DNA of 64,000 nucleotides from Amoebidium appalachense (GCA_963693365.1 CAVNZM010000002.1:13673615-13737614); one strand, 5' to 3'. Positions 26,623 through 41,930 are shown, counted from the stretch's first letter. Translations and numbers: made by a program. The notes: generated from the letters alone by a model not told the origin.

Positions 26623-26965
26623 CAACAACCGATGCTCGCTTGACAGGGGTTGGCTGAGAAGGAAGCCCTCGTGTGCTGTTGTGGCCTAGAGAGGTGTGTG
26701 AATGTTCTTTACGTATTATTATTGATGAATTGTTAGTAGTGCTTGTCATGTTGGTGGGAGTTCAAAGAAGGCAAAACACAACAGTATTGAAGTTTGACTG
26801 TGGGAAGAGATGTGATGCATAGTGAGGGTGAGCTAAGTAGAGTGAAATGGTGTGAACTTTATGGTTTTGTTGAACTTAAATTCAATGTCTTGTTGTGAAT
26901 GACGCACCTGTTGTTGCATATCTTACTCGGACCTGAAATAGTATAAGTTATTGCTGTAGGAAGCT

Positions 26966-27707
26966 TGGGAACGTAAAAGCAGGTGTCTATGCCTTGTGAA
27001 TAAACGGCTAACGGCCTTTAGGGTCTTGTCACTCACATGACTGCAGTTCTACATAGTTTGTGCCCACACATGGGACTGTGTGCTGCTGTGCACTTCTTTG
27101 CACTACAGCTCATCCCCTGTGGCCCCTCCTCCCGCACGCCTCCCCCCCATCCGCCCTGCCCCCCCTTTCTGCTGCTCACTCGCACTGACACCTACAACCG
27201 CCGGCACACCACTTCCCTCCCTCCTCCCCCCCTCCCCCCCCCCTTTTCTCCCCTTTCTCACCCCTCCTCTTACGCCTTAAAACACGTATCAAGTATCATC
27301 CCCATTATACGCAGCCCCCCCCCCCCCCCCCCCATGGGAACGTAAAGGCAGGTGTCTATGCCTTGTGAATAAACGGCTAACGGCCTTTAGGGTCTTGTCA
27401 CTCACATAACTGCAGTTCTACATAGTTTGTGCCCACACATGGGACTGTGTGCTGCTGTGCACTTCTTTGCACTACAGCTCATCCCCTGTGGCCCCTCCTC
27501 CCGCACGCCTCCCCCCATCCGCCCTGCCCCCCCTTTCTGCTGCTCACTCGCACTGACACCTACAACCGCCGGCACACCACTTCCCTCCCTCCTCCCCCCC
27601 CCTCCCCCCCCCCCCCTTTTCTCCCCTTTCTCACCCCTCCTCTTACGCCTTAAAACACGTATCAAGTATCATCCCCATTATACGCAGCCCCCCCCCCCCC
27701 CCCCCCC
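26966..27707. repeat. Tandem direct duplication of about 369 bp
   Basis: tgggaacgtaaa...ccattatacgcagcccc at about 26966-27333 repeats at about 27335-27707 with few substitutions (aaaagc/aaaggc, catgac/cataac) and different C-run lengths. Confidence 0.93.
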
Positions 27708-27750
27708 TAAAGTATCATCCCTCCCCCTCTCAAAGTATCATCCGAATCTC

Positions 27751-27795
<45 letters not shown>

Positions 27796-28151
27796 ACACT
27801 CCCCCCCTCACCCCTTCCCTCTACCACTGCTCCGACCTCCCCTCACGCCAAACCTATACACGATGTCCACCACCCGGCCCACAAAGAACCAACACCACCA
27901 CACACACATGTTGTCAATAATAGCTTGGTCAGCATTCAATCATCCCCCCTACATCTACTGTCTATCGCAACCCTAACAGCATACTACCTTTCTCTACCCC
28001 ACCCTTTTTTCCTGGTCAGAGGGACACCCATCCGTCTAACCCTCCCACCCACCCCCCCCCCCCCCCCCCCCCCCCCCCAAAAAAAAACATCCACCCCCAC
28101 ACACATACCACAGTAACCACACACTTTGACATGATTATGCCCCCCCCCCCC

Positions 28152-28220
<69 letters not shown>

Positions 28221-28238
28221 TGTTTAGCCACCCACCTC

Positions 28239-28270
<32 letters not shown>

Positions 28271-29392
28271 CTGTTCAGCCACCCACGTCGACGCACACAC
28301 ACACACACACACATTATTTAGCCCACCCATCACAACTTATACCCACACACATGCAAACTTTCACTTATGCACCCCACAGTCACCTATCTCTCGATTTATA
28401 GCTCCTCCTTCTCAACCTCACCACATCCCCCAAATGAAAGAAGCCCCCCCCCCCCCCCCCCCCCCCCCCCAAAGACACACACACACACAAACCACCCACC
28501 CACCCACCACCCTTCTTCCTTCATCACCCTACGGCCGGTTCCACGCCAAATCCCACCACAACATTTTCTCCTCCGCGTTTACTTGAGCCTCTGACGGTTT
28601 CCTCCTCCTCCCCCCTCCCCCTACTCTCCCCCCCCCAAACCCCAACCCCCCTTACCCACCACTCACCCAACCACCCACCACCACCACCACCACCCTTCTC
28701 TCCCTCCCCTCACTGGTTGACTGCTTAGTTGTTGTTGTCTCAACTTAAGTAAAAACGCATACATACTCTACATATCTTCAAACAATACTGCCTGCTCTCT
28801 CCACACACACACACCTACACGGAAACACGAGAGCCTCGGATTTCTCTAGGGGGTGCTTCTCTTGTCTGCTTTTCCCCTTATTCCTCCTCCTCCCCCCCCC
28901 CCCCCCCCCCCCCCCTCCCCCCACCCCCCCCCCCCCCCCCCCTGCCCCCTCCACCACCCCCACCTTGCCCCGCATGGGGAACCGCGTATTTTTAGCTTTT
29001 TCCAATTCAACTGCCCGTTGGTACCTTTTCTTACCACAACACAAAAGCCATGACACAAAAACGTGAACGAATTTTCCTCCCCCTCCCCAACAACGATTTG
29101 ATACCCGCACATCCATACACCGTGTTGATCAATCTTATCGTGCACGCAAGCTCCTTAGGAACCCCCCTTATCCCCCCTCCCCTCCCCCCAACCCCACCCC
29201 CACCCCTCCGCCCCCAGGCCCCCGGGTCCTGCGTGCGCTCCGAGCCTTGTGTGTTAGATTTTTTTTTTACCACTTCCAGAAGACGGACGTGTACTATGCG
29301 ATTATACTGGTTACATTAAAGTCCTTCACTTACTGATCGCCCTCTGTAGTATTTCCCCCTCCCCCCCCACTCCTCTTCCTCCCTCCCTCCCC

Positions 29393-29427
<35 letters not shown>

Positions 29428-29977
29428 TTCCTCTCTCGCCCTCGGTGTCCCCCCCCCCCCCCCTCCCCCCCCCTCCCCCAACACACACACACACACAGAC
29501 ACACTTAAACCAATCACTGACACGCACACACACACAGACACAGACACACACACATATACACACTGAGAGAGACAAGTGTTCGTGCACACTTGCAGACACT
29601 CTGTAGCGAGCCACACACACACAAGCTTATTTCCCTCAAAAGCCACCATTCCAGCCAATCATATATTGGCGTTGAGCTTTTGACCAATCATAAAAGACAA
29701 GTGTGATGATATCACCATATCGACGAATATGGCACATAATGCACAAATATGCAGCACCCGTATCAACAACCTTTTCATTTCTACCAACCGACTCTGCAGA
29801 CTTCACACCTACAAGATGGTCGCAGAGAATTTACTACAAGCTTGAAAACGGATCCTTTTTGAGTTTTGACAATGTTCCGTATCACAGTAATCCCCCTCCC
29901 CCCCCCCGCCCCCTCCCCCGCCCCGCCCCCCTCCAAAAAATGAGAGAGCCTCGGGGGGAGATAGAGAGAGAGAGGAA

Positions 29978-30021
<44 letters not shown>

Positions 30022-31386
30022 AGAAGCGTTACCATCACCACCACCACCACACACGCACACGCACACGCACACACACACACACACACAAACACACATACAC
30101 ACATACACACCTCGCCGCACACCCCATACCGGTGCTAAAGCTTCTGCCAGGCTGCGGCACAAGCTGTAACTCATGAGGGTCGAAACATTTGCCAATTTCC
30201 TCGGGGAGGGAGGGGGGGGGGGGGAGGGGCTAAATTCCGGTTTTCTCTAGCTAATAAATATATATGCACGTGTACGTATTGCAAGGGCGACCTGTTGTGC
30301 TTCCAGGCTCTGCTGGTACGTAGAAAGTCAGCACGGTGAAATACCTGAACAGAACTGAAACGAAGGTTGTAATACGTACATGTGATTTCTGTGAAGCTGT
30401 GATCAGGTACACACGTGTGATTTCTGTGTTCCTGTTTATTATTATTATTGTTAACATATTATTATTCTTGATATCATTCAAGTTATTAATATTATATTAT
30501 CTATTTCATTCTTCGAACATGTTACTGAGCGCGCAACACGGCACCCGTCTTACACACGTGTAACGCCCGCCTTTCCGCAGCCAAGAGTACTAACAAGTGT
30601 ACTAGAATACCATAAGCATAGGTTTGACGCGTGACAAAGAAAAAAAGGAGATATCGTGTTAAAAGAAAACAGACATGTGACAGAACCACCCCCTGTTTGG
30701 CTTATGTTTTTTTTGGTGTCAGCAAAATGAGCCAATACACACGTGTGTTGGGGCGGTGACACCCTCCAGACATCAGCGCGCAAACACAAGCTTAAAAAGG
30801 ACCTGACAGCAATCCTTCGGATCAGTTTAGACTTGCTTCTGTGCGGTTGTTACACAAACATTTCTCTCTGAGATTGTCCTTCTTTACTTGAAACTCTCTC
30901 TCGCTCTGTGATATCTGATACTTCCCGTTACTCTGTATTCACCAGTTTCACTTTCCTTTACCGGGTTTCTGTGTACCCCGGTTTTACCTATTATTATACG
31001 TACTATACTGCAGCCAGAAACCAAAATTGAATAGGTCCGTGAACGGGGAACCATCCAAGGTGTTTTTGCGAGGTAAGACATGTCACCTTGTGTCTCTGTT
31101 CACACTACAGAGTGAAATTCAAGCGTTAGTACACGACCAATCCATATTTTTTTTTTTTTTGCCTTGTGGCCATAGAAGAAAAAAGAAAAAAAAGGAAAGA
31201 AAAAAAAAATTGAATGAACGAGAAAGAGAAAGAAACAAAAAGTAAAGTTTAAGGAAGACAGACAAGAAAAGAAAAAGCTTTTTATTGCACCAATTGCAGC
31301 ACGGTCCCCCCCCCCCCTCCCCCCCCCCCCCCCCCCCCCCCCCCCTCCCCCAACCAACCAACCCACACACGCACAGACCCACACAC

Positions 31387-31466
<80 letters not shown>

Positions 31467-32045
31467 AAAAGACAAAGAGAGAGGGAGAGAAAAAAGAAAG
31501 AAAGAGGGGACAGAAAGGAGGAAGGAAAAACGAAGGTAAACAAGTGAAGAAACTTGTAAGGATTTTCAAATTGATAGGACAGTCTGTATGTTATGGGAGG
31601 AAAAGGAGGAATTGCCCGGAAGGAGTTTCCGGGAGAAAGCGAAAGAAACATAGTCCATGTATCGTTATGCCAGTTGTGGTATTGGCGTCTTTTGTGGTTG
31701 TGTGTGTTTGTATCTGTGCGTGTTGCGTGTTGCCCGTACGTTTGCGCGTGGTTGCCTGCGTGTGTTCGGTGCACATGGCACGGTGTGTGTGTGTGTGTGT
31801 TGGGGGGGGGGGGAGAGGGGGGAGGGGGGGGGGGGGGGGGGGGGGGCAGGTTGGTCATGGGTGTTTGGGGGGGCGTAGGGGGGAGGGGGGTAGGGGGGCG
31901 TAGGGGGGAGGGGGCGTAGGGGGGAGGGGGGAAGGAAGGGGGGGGAGGCTTCTACTTTTACTCCTATAACCTTAAGCCCGTTATATTTTAATAGTCTTTA
32001 AGTCTGTTTTATTCTGACATTACTACCACTGCACGTGCAGGCACC

Positions 32046-32788
32046 ATGCTCGGACTGCAGCCCAGGACGTGGGTGGGTTGGGGCACGGCCGTGCTGCTGG
32101 TCTCGGCCTCCCAGTCGGCAAATTACCTGGTATTAGGACCCCCTCCCTTAAACTGCACACAACAAAAATACACAGATAAGGATAATGGAATTAATGATAT
32201 AATCACACAGTTTGAAACCCCCCCCCCCCCCCCCCCCCCCCCCCCTTTTCCTCGTGCAGGTATTGGGAATTCGTATAGGGTGCATGTACAATATATGATT
32301 TTGTCTAGTTTATGCCTTTTGTTTTTTTTTCTTATGCAGCATGTGAGGTTTTTTTTCCACCTGAGCTAATCCAACAAAAAATGAATACTAATATTAGTTT
32401 CTGTGAGGTAGATGACCTGGATAGAAGAGCTTCTTATCCGATTGGTCGTGGAGCCATTTTATTGGCCTTGCATAGCATGAAAAAACGTTGATTATGAAAC
32501 TGGAAGTTGTTTTTTTTGGGTTCGAAAGAACCCCCTTATCAAATGAAAGGAAAAGACAAAACATGTAAGGGAGGGAGGGGGGGGGGGGGGGGGGGGGGGG
32601 AGAGGGGGGGGAGGGGAGGAGGGGAGGATAGGGAGGGAGAGGAGAATCTTGAGAGAGGAGGAGAGAAGAATTAAAAGACCCCCTTCATTGTCCTCCTAAA
32701 ACCCTACCTACCACACTTCCCTTTTCTCTTGGCTCCCCCCTCTCCCTCCCCTTCTCCGCCCGCTTCCCCCACCCTTTGCCCTTACCAC

Positions 32789-32829
<41 letters not shown>

Positions 32830-33170
32830 TTACACATGCTACTCCTTGCACCGCCAACGCAATTAGCCCGTTGTACTTGTGCTCTGCTAATTTCATTCTC
32901 CCCCCCCCCCCCCAAAAAAAAAAAAAATTTAAAATAAAATAAAATACATCTATGGTGTACACTGCACACACGCACAGTACGAGCATCCATTCAGGCCGGT
33001 TGGATTCAAGGATGTGACGTCATCAGTACCCCACAAGGACACCCCGGCTGGGCCCCAGCTGACCGGTGTGGCTGTGCTCGATTATGACCGTATGATCCCT
33101 CCCCTTCCTCCCCCCCCCCCCCCCCCCCTCCCCCCCCCTCCTCCCCCGCCCGGTCTTCCTTTCCTCCGCC

Positions 33171-33208
<38 letters not shown>

Positions 33209-33291
33209 CCCGCCGGGCAGTTCATTATTGTGGTTTATGGTACACGGGTGTGTGTGCGCGCGCATGTGTGTGCACGCGCTCGAATGTGTGT

Positions 33292-33333
<42 letters not shown>

Positions 33334-33376
33334 GTGCGTGCTTGTGTGTGTGCATGTGCATCTTGTGTGTGCACGC

Positions 33377-33414
<38 letters not shown>

Positions 33415-34430
33415 CTGTGTGGGAGCGCACACGTTTGCATACCTGCTAGCATATGTAGGGGCGAAGGAGGCGGGAGGGGAAGGGGCGTAACTCTTTACTT
33501 TTTTGTTTGTACCCTGCCCTGTACGTGCGTTTATTTTCATCTCCCCCTCTTTTTTTTTCCCCTCCCTTTTGTCCCTTTTTCATTGAGGTGCAGGTTTGAT
33601 GGATTGGTTCGGATGGATGGGTTTGAAAACTAGTTTGTAGACCTTTAACGTTTACCTTTCCCTAGGGGAAGAAGTGTTGATGGTTACCTTTCTGTTTTTT
33701 ACCCCCCCCCCCCCCCCCCCCCCCCCCCCTTCTTACCTCCCCCCCCCCCCCCCCCCCCCATCGAGCCACCCACCCATCCCCCCCCCCCCCCCCCCCCCCC
33801 CCTCTTCCCAAAAAAAAAAAAAAAAAAAAAAAAAAGAGGCCCCTGGAACCATCACACCCTTCACTCTCCTCACCCCACCCGCCCTTCCACCCTTCCATCT
33901 ACCCACCACCCTCATTTCTTTCCGTCCTCTCTCAAATCCCCAGGTGACGGTTTCGAGGATTTTGCCACCCAGAAGGGGTTTTTCCGCAACACAAAGGGGG
34001 AGGGATTCAGTGACGTCACCAAGGAGGCATTTGGCTCACACGAGGCTCTGGCAAATGGTACTTGCCCTCCCCTCTTCCCCCCCCCCCCCCCCCCCCTCCC
34101 CCCCCAAAAAAAATTCCACCACAAGCTCTCTTCTCTTTGTCTCCTTCCTCCTCCGTCCCGTTATCCAAAAAAAAAACGGATTTTTTTCTCCTTTTCTCCC
34201 ACCTTGTATATTAGCCTTCTTCGTGCCACCACCAATAAGAGGCATCTAGTACATCCACCATCCATATTCTTATTCCTATTTATAGCATGGTGTTTCCATA
34301 CACCATCTAAGGCTCTTTCTGACGCCGTGGCATCCTATCAGGACGGGGCTTTCTGTCAGCTGACTTCAATAATGACGGCTGGCAGGATCTTCTCGTCGTG
34401 GCACCGGGCAATGAACTGAGGCAGGAACCC

Positions 34431-34472
<42 letters not shown>

Positions 34473-34699
34473 ACCCCCCGCCCCCCGCCCCCTCTCCGCC
34501 CTCCCCCCCCCTCCCCCCCCTTAACCCCCCCTCCCGTCCCCGCCCCTTCCATTCCCCCCACCCCCCCCACCCCCACCCCCCGCCCCTCTCCCCTCCCCCC
34601 CCCCTGCCCCCCCTCCTGTCCCCGCCCCTCCGATCCCCCCCGCCCTCCCCTCTCCATCCCCTTCCACTCCTCCCCCCGCCCCAACCCCCCAACCCCCCT

Positions 34700-34735
<36 letters not shown>

Positions 34736-35177
34736 TTCCATTCAATTTCCCCATATCCCCCCACCGCCCCTCCCCACAACCCCTTCCATCACCACCTTCT
34801 CTTTCCCACCGCCCGTTGCGCCTCGCTTTCGTTCCTACCCGCTCACACCATCTACTTCCTAAAAGGATCCACTCCCAGATCCCCTTCCTTCCCCCTTACC
34901 TTTAGTCTCTCTTGCAAGCATCACCACCCCCCACCGATTAAGACATTCTCCGTTTCCTGGGAGGGGGAGTGTGATATTGACTCGGAAGCCTCAAAAACTT
35001 TATCTCGTTTAACGCTTTTTTGTGATTGGTACATAGGCTGTGGATCAACAAGCAGGACGGCTCGTTCCGCAACGTCACAGACGGTTCGGGTCTGGTCGGG
35101 CCCGATTCGGTAAGTCACGTGATACCAGTGTTCTTATGTCTCCAAAGCATCTCCATTAAACAAGAATCCTTTGAAAT

Positions 35178-35222
<45 letters not shown>

Positions 35223-35300
35223 AGGCGCCGGGGATTTCAACATCATGAAAAAGCAGGAAAATAAAGGAAACTGCCATTTCTCCCCCCACCACACAATGCC

Positions 35301-35351
<51 letters not shown>

Positions 35352-36010
35352 AACACACCAAGTCACATCTTTTCACACTCCAACCAAAAACAGGCGGGAA
35401 TGGATGTTAAGCCAAAGTTGTTTTGTTTGCTGCTCCGTCTGAATGGCACCAATTTTCATCTGTGGATCGTTTTGCTGTTCTTGTTTGGAATGAGACTACT
35501 TGACCAATCGCCTCTGTGTCATCTGTCTTCTAAAATGACGTTAGACGGGCTAACTATTATTGTGATGACGTCATGTCACAGGCCATGTCTGCCACTGCTG
35601 CTGACATTGACGGGGACGGGTTCCTCGATATTTTCATCACTGCACGGTAGAGCCTCCCCCCCCCCCCCCCCCCCCCCCTCCCTGCGCACACACAGACACA
35701 CACAGGCACACAAACGTGTCGTGATTTTTTTCCTTTCATGTATCCCTGTTGCTACCCCTCGCTGCCTTTTTTTCTATCCGCACCCTCCCCTTTGACTACC
35801 ACCCCTTCTTCCCCCCCCCCCCCCCCCCCCCCCCCCCCACCCACCCACACCCACACACACATACACACTTAGGCACATGCACAAGCACACATCCCAGAGC
35901 ACACACCCGGCTTCCCTCTCTGCTTGAGATGCCCAAGAAATGCTTGGAAGGAGGGGGAGAAAGAGGGGCGGGGATGGTGGGGGGATGGGGAGAGGAATAC
36001 AGACAGGTTT

Positions 36011-36054
<44 letters not shown>

Positions 36055-36109
36055 GCGACCGACCCCCCCCCCCAAAACCCCCCTCCCCCCCCCCCCCTGG
36101 GGGGGCGGC

Positions 36110-36144
<35 letters not shown>

Positions 36145-39100
36145 AATTCCTAAACCAACTTGCCTACCCAGCATCATTTCTACTGGTTTCTACTGGTTAA
36201 CACACTATTACATTATACCTTTCAGGGGTGACTCCTCGGTTAAGCCCGGGCTGCACCGCACCAACCACCACAACGTTATGTTCCTCAACAAGGGGAAGGA
36301 TGGCACCACATTCATGGACGTCACACAGAGCACCGGTATTATCCCCCCCCCCCCCCCCCCCCCCCCCCCTCTGCCCCCCCAACACCCCCCCCCCCTCCCC
36401 CCCCTCTCTCTCTTAGACATGTACAACAATTCCTCCCACCTCCCCCTCTCGCTCAGGTGCCCTTATTGAATATCCCCGCTTCCATGTTGCACGTTTATCT
36501 ATATCCCTTTTCGCCAGTTGTTTTCTGATGCAAAGATATCCGTATTCTAACCATGTGTGCATTCAGTTAACATTCATCCACACACAGACATGTAATGTGG
36601 CCCATCCCCTTTGCAACACTTACACTACACAACCTTTGGTTCTCTTCTGTGCAAAGATAAACGACAATGGGGGCTATATGAATTTGTCACTAGAAGCCGG
36701 TAGAGGGGCGAATCCTGAGGAGGGTAGGTGGGTGAGTTGGTTGGGCTGTTTCGGGGGGAGAGAGGGGGGGGGGGGGGGGGGGGGGCAGGATCGCTATATG
36801 GTATGTTTATTCACGAAATGACTCAAACACCCTCTCATCGTAGCCTCCCCCCCTCCCTCCCCCTTCACCTTCCGACCCTCTGCCCTCCCTCCTTCCATTT
36901 TTCTCTCCAGGTCTTGACAAAAAGAGTGACCTGGGCACGTACATGGCTGTTTTCCATGACTATGACAAGGTGCCCCCCCCCCCCCCTCCCTCTCCCCCCC
37001 CCCCCCCTCTTCCTCCCCTTCCCCCCTTTCCTCCCCCCCCCCCCCCCCCCCTCCTCCTCCCCCCGGCCTCCCTTTAACCCCACCCCACCCCAAACCACCC
37101 GAACCCATCCCCTCTTCCTTCATCCACCCTCTCTCCCCTGGTCAATCACTCCCCACATGGTATGGCTGGGGCAGAAGAAAAGAAAACAGAAGGGAAAGCG
37201 GAAGAGTAGTGACATACATTTTGACAGGGTGAATGTAACAAAGAGAGTTTGTCTCGAAAATGCGCTTTTGGCCATTATCTAGCGAGAGGAGGATTTGGAG
37301 AAGCCGTTATTTGGTGTTTTTTTTTTTTGCCTTTTGCTCGTAATCACCCTCTAACCCTCAAACAAAAGACAAAGAGAAAAAAGATGTCTCCGGGAGAGGG
37401 GGGGGGGGGGGGGGGGGATTTCTTGTTCTCCGTTACAAGCACACATTCCCCTATATCCAGCCGAATCATAAATGAAAACAAAGCAAAATAGCATAAAACT
37501 ATTGAAATGCATATTATCTGTGATCAGCATCTTTGACTTGGTTGAATGCATTTCACGGAGCAGTATACATATGCCCCTGACCCTACACCCAATCACAGAA
37601 CGGCCACATTGATCTGATTACTATAAACGGAAATCGGCTCACCCCCCTGCCCGAGGCCACCACTCTTGTTCTGTACGAGAATGATGGGAAGGGCCGTTTC
37701 AGTGACGTCACAGAGAAGACCGGATTGGATAAGATCATGGGATACTGGAGGGTGCGTATACCTCCCCCCCCCCCCTCCCCCCCCCCCCCTCCTCCCCACC
37801 ACCACCACCACCAAAAAAAAAAGAAGACCCCTCATCAACACACAACGCACGGCACGCTTGGAGGGGGAACTCACCTAGCAGTGGGGCGCATGCGCATGTA
37901 CACACACACACGCACAGGCATACAACTCTGAGACCCCCCCCCCCCCCCCCCCCCCCTCCCCCTCCCCTCCCCCCCCCCCTCATAAACCCCCAACCCACCC
38001 CACCCATCCCCACTCCCACCCCCTCACACCCCCTCGTTATCCCCCCCCCCCCCCCCCCTTCCCCCCCTCCAGATTTTCTGAAGTGTTTGTTGCATGTTGT
38101 GTAACTCTAAGGGTCCTGTCGCACGCCTCATCTAGTGTGTAGCAGTGCTGGAAAGCACGGTAAGCCACTGGCACACACACATTCTAACAATCCTCTAGCA
38201 TTGTCCCCTTATAATTCTTGAAACCCCCCCCCCCCCCCCCCCCCCTTTCCCCCTCCTCCTCCCCCCCCCCCCCCTTCCCTTCCTAACTTACCACCCTACA
38301 CAGGGCATCGGTTTGGGTGATTTCGATCGCAACGGGTGCATTGGTGAGTCCCCCCCCCCCCGCAAACAACCCCCCCCTCCCCCCACCCCCCGGGTCCCGC
38401 CCACTACCAACCCGTCTCTGATCCTTTTGGGATACTTTTTTGCCTTATTTGTCCTTATTACTTCCCTCCCAGTCTCATCGTATCTGAACAACTGCTAATA
38501 TCCTTTGGGGAAAGGTGTGATGGGTGGGTTTTGAACTTTGAGTAGGGCAGTTGGAGCAAGAAGGGGGTAGGAGTAATAGTGTGTGTGGTGGAGAGAAGAG
38601 GGTGGGGAGAGAGGGAGGGGGTAGGGACAAGTCTTAAAGCATATTGAAACAACATACACAAGAATCATTTTTAGACTAATGCACGTGTTATGCTTGTTAC
38701 TTATTTGGTGCTCCCCCTTCTCCATCTTCTTCCCCCCCTCCGGCAGCCATTCCTTCCCTCCCCTTCCCTTTAACCCCTTCTCCTCCCGTCCTTCCCTGCT
38801 CCCTCTTCACACACCTAACAAGCACGCATACATTCTCCCGTAGTCACTATTCCATTTTCCACTCCTCCTTTCCCCTCTACACACACACACACACACAACC
38901 CACACACCTTGCTTACCCCCCCCCCCCCCCCCCCCTCTCTCCCCCCCCCCCCCCCCCCCCACCCCAGATCTTGCCCTGACCAACATCGGAGTTCCAAGCA
39001 CACGATTGGGCGAGACCAAGTCACGTGACAACCACGTGCAGCTACACGAGGTACTGGTCAGCGATTGCGGGAAGAAATTTCATCCAATCGGAGACAAGCT

Positions 39101-40062
39101 GGGCATTGGAAATTTCGAGGGTGCCTGGGGGTCTGTGGTCGCTGATTTCAACAACGTGAGTAACACCCTCCCTCCCTCCCCCTTCGCCTTATAGTCCTCT
39201 CCCCCTCCCCCCCCCCCCCCCCCCCCCCCCTCTTCCCGCCCTCCCCCTTCGCCTTATAGCCCCCCCCCCCCCCCCCCTTCCCCCCTTCCCCGCCCTCCCC
39301 CTTTGCCCTTATAGTCCCCCCCCCCCCCCCCTTCCCCCCCCCTTCCCCGCCCTCCCCTTTTGCCTTATAGTTCTTATCTCCGCTTATACCATTTTCCTCT
39401 CTCTTGTTTGGTTCTTTGGTAGCATCCCAACCACCCATTCATTATCGGAATCCCTTGTTACCTATGTCGCACTTCCTCTCTCACTCTAAGTCCTCCCCCC
39501 TCCCCCCCCCCCCAAAATAAAATAAAAATAAAATTATAATATTTAATAATAATAATAAAAATATTCATATAAGAACAACAACAACAACAACAACAACAAA
39601 GAAAACAATAATAACAACTATATCGGATGTACTGTAAGCGTGCACCATCACCACGCATTTAATAAGCATGATGTTTTCCTTTACCTTTGCATCCTTTACC
39701 AATCTTTAGTCTTCCCTCCCCTCCCACTTTGTCTCCCCCATCATCCCACCTCCCCCCCCCCCCCCCCCCCCCCTTCCCCACACACACACAAAAAAGGGGG
39801 GGGAATGTATGAGGGGGGCTGTGGATGTGTGTGTGGGTGTGTGGTTGTGTGGGTAGGGGTGGGGGGTTGGTGGTTGATACGGATCGAAATGGAATGCATA
39901 GAAGCAAGCATATTTCGAAGTTTTCAGCCCTTAAGCTTTTTCTGGGAATATCTTGCATTTCTAACACTCCACTGTTTGCAGGACGGACGAGAGGATTGGC
40001 TGATGGTTGGAGCTGTGCCCACCGCCCCATTCTTGAGCGCAAACCCCGGCAGGCGTAAGACA

Positions 40063-40098
<36 letters not shown>

Positions 40099-41068
40099 AC
40101 CCCCCCACACACACACACACACAACTAATCCCCCCCACCAAATTCCTCTGTTAGGAAAAAAGAAGGGCAGCAAGAATAACAGCGTAAAACCCAGGTAGTC
40201 GCACAATCAGGTACGGTGTGCAATCAAACTATTGTGATCATTCAATCAATTCTATCATGAGCATAGGTGAAACGAGGAGGGAGTAACGTTGCCTGGGAAA
40301 GGGGGGGGGGGGGGGAAGAACACAGATGTCAACCTCCCCTCAAAACCCCCTTCCTCTTCAACATCTAGACGCTCAGGGACATCTGTGGCAGATCCCACCG
40401 TTATATCTCACATTAAATCCCGTTTAGTGTTTTTCACTGTGCCTCATCCTGGCTGGAACGACCATGACATCTTCATGAAGGAGGCCAGTGAATATCTCGG
40501 CACCGACCTATCCAAAGTCCTCACCTCTGGCGCCGCAGCGGTATAGACCCCCCCACCCCCCCTTTCCCCCTTCCACCCTGCTTTTTGTTTTGCTCTTGAG
40601 TTATCTACCGTTTAGACATGCTCTTCGGGCCCTGTGCACAATGGGCTCGTGTAGGACTTAGAGTAACTAAAAACATTCAACAAGTCCGATATTTTTGTGT
40701 TGGGCAAGGTGTGTTTGTATTGAGAGTAGACTTTAAGAGAGGCGGGTGGGAAACTTAGTAAGATCCTAATATGGGGGGTGATGATCCTGTGCGGAAGAGT
40801 TTGTGTGGAATATCGCAGGTTTGCCTTATTTTTTTAATTATTTTTCCATCTAATGTTATCAATCTGAGAATCTTATTGGATATCATAGAACAGATCCAAT
40901 CTGCAAATAGTAATCAGCTGATCTGGTCTAATCGGATCTCACTTACAGGCCGATTTCAATAACGATGGGTTTATGGATGTCGTCATTGCTACCTCCCAAC
41001 AATCGCTCAAAGACACAGAGTTCCCTGGTGCCAGCCTCATGTGAGTGGTCCCCCCCCCCCCCCCCCCC

Positions 41069-41099
<31 letters not shown>

Positions 41100-41207
41100 T
41101 TTTCCCCCCCTTCCCCCTCCACCCACCCACCCACCCCGCACCTGCCATCCCCAACCTCTTTTTATACAGCGTTTTGTCATGGAAGATGCACATGTGTAAA
41201 CACGGAG

Positions 41208-41245
<38 letters not shown>

Positions 41246-41370
41246 ACTTCCGGCATTACCGATTCCCCGTATTCCGTTTGTGATTGTGTGTGTGTGTGTG
41301 GTGGTGATGTTTGGGTTGTGGACCAGATGATGTTCTTTCTTTTTTTCTTTTCCTTTTTCTTTTTTCCTTT

Positions 41371-41401
<31 letters not shown>

Positions 41402-41894
41402 GGAGGGGGGGGGGGGGGGGGGGGATGGGGAGTATGCATGAAGATTTAATGGTGCGGCTGTAAATGCAATACCATAAAAGCATCGTTTGCTCACAAACCT
41501 ACCCCATCCCTCCCCCTCACATGCGCGCGCGCACACACACAGGACCGGTTGGGGTGGGTCGGGCAACCCAATTGTGCTTATCAACAAGGGTGACAACGGG
41601 AACAAGAACATTGCAATCACCCTCAAGGCTGCAAAGGTATTTGAACCCTCCCCCCGCTCCCCCCCCCTCCCCCCCCCCCCTCCCCCCCCCCCCCCCCCCC
41701 GAGACGACCCCCCCCCCCTCCGCCCCTCCCCCCCCCCCCCCCCCCCCCCCCCCCCCGCAGACAGTTCGCAGCCCCAAACCCCCACCCAGCCCCTCCCCTC
41801 ACCCCTCCCCTTTTTCGGCCTCGTTTCTTACTTTGTTGTCCCGGACTCCTCCGTATCCCTTTCCGCCCCATTCCATCCACATAAAAAACCGTCC

Positions 41895-41930
<36 letters not shown>

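Noticed and set aside
26137-26900. Selenoprotein GPx with a SECIS element
   Set aside because: The catalytic residue is encoded by TGC (Cys) and there is no in-frame TGA.
29703-29890. Complex-sequence ORF segment (RWSQRIYYKLENGSFLSFDNVPY)
   Set aside because: No convincing partner exons, start or stop, and no recognisable domain.
39168-39370. CRISPR-like array of short repeats with spacers
   Set aside because: The context is a eukaryotic intron, the spacers are just C-runs, and no cas genes are present. It is a minisatellite.
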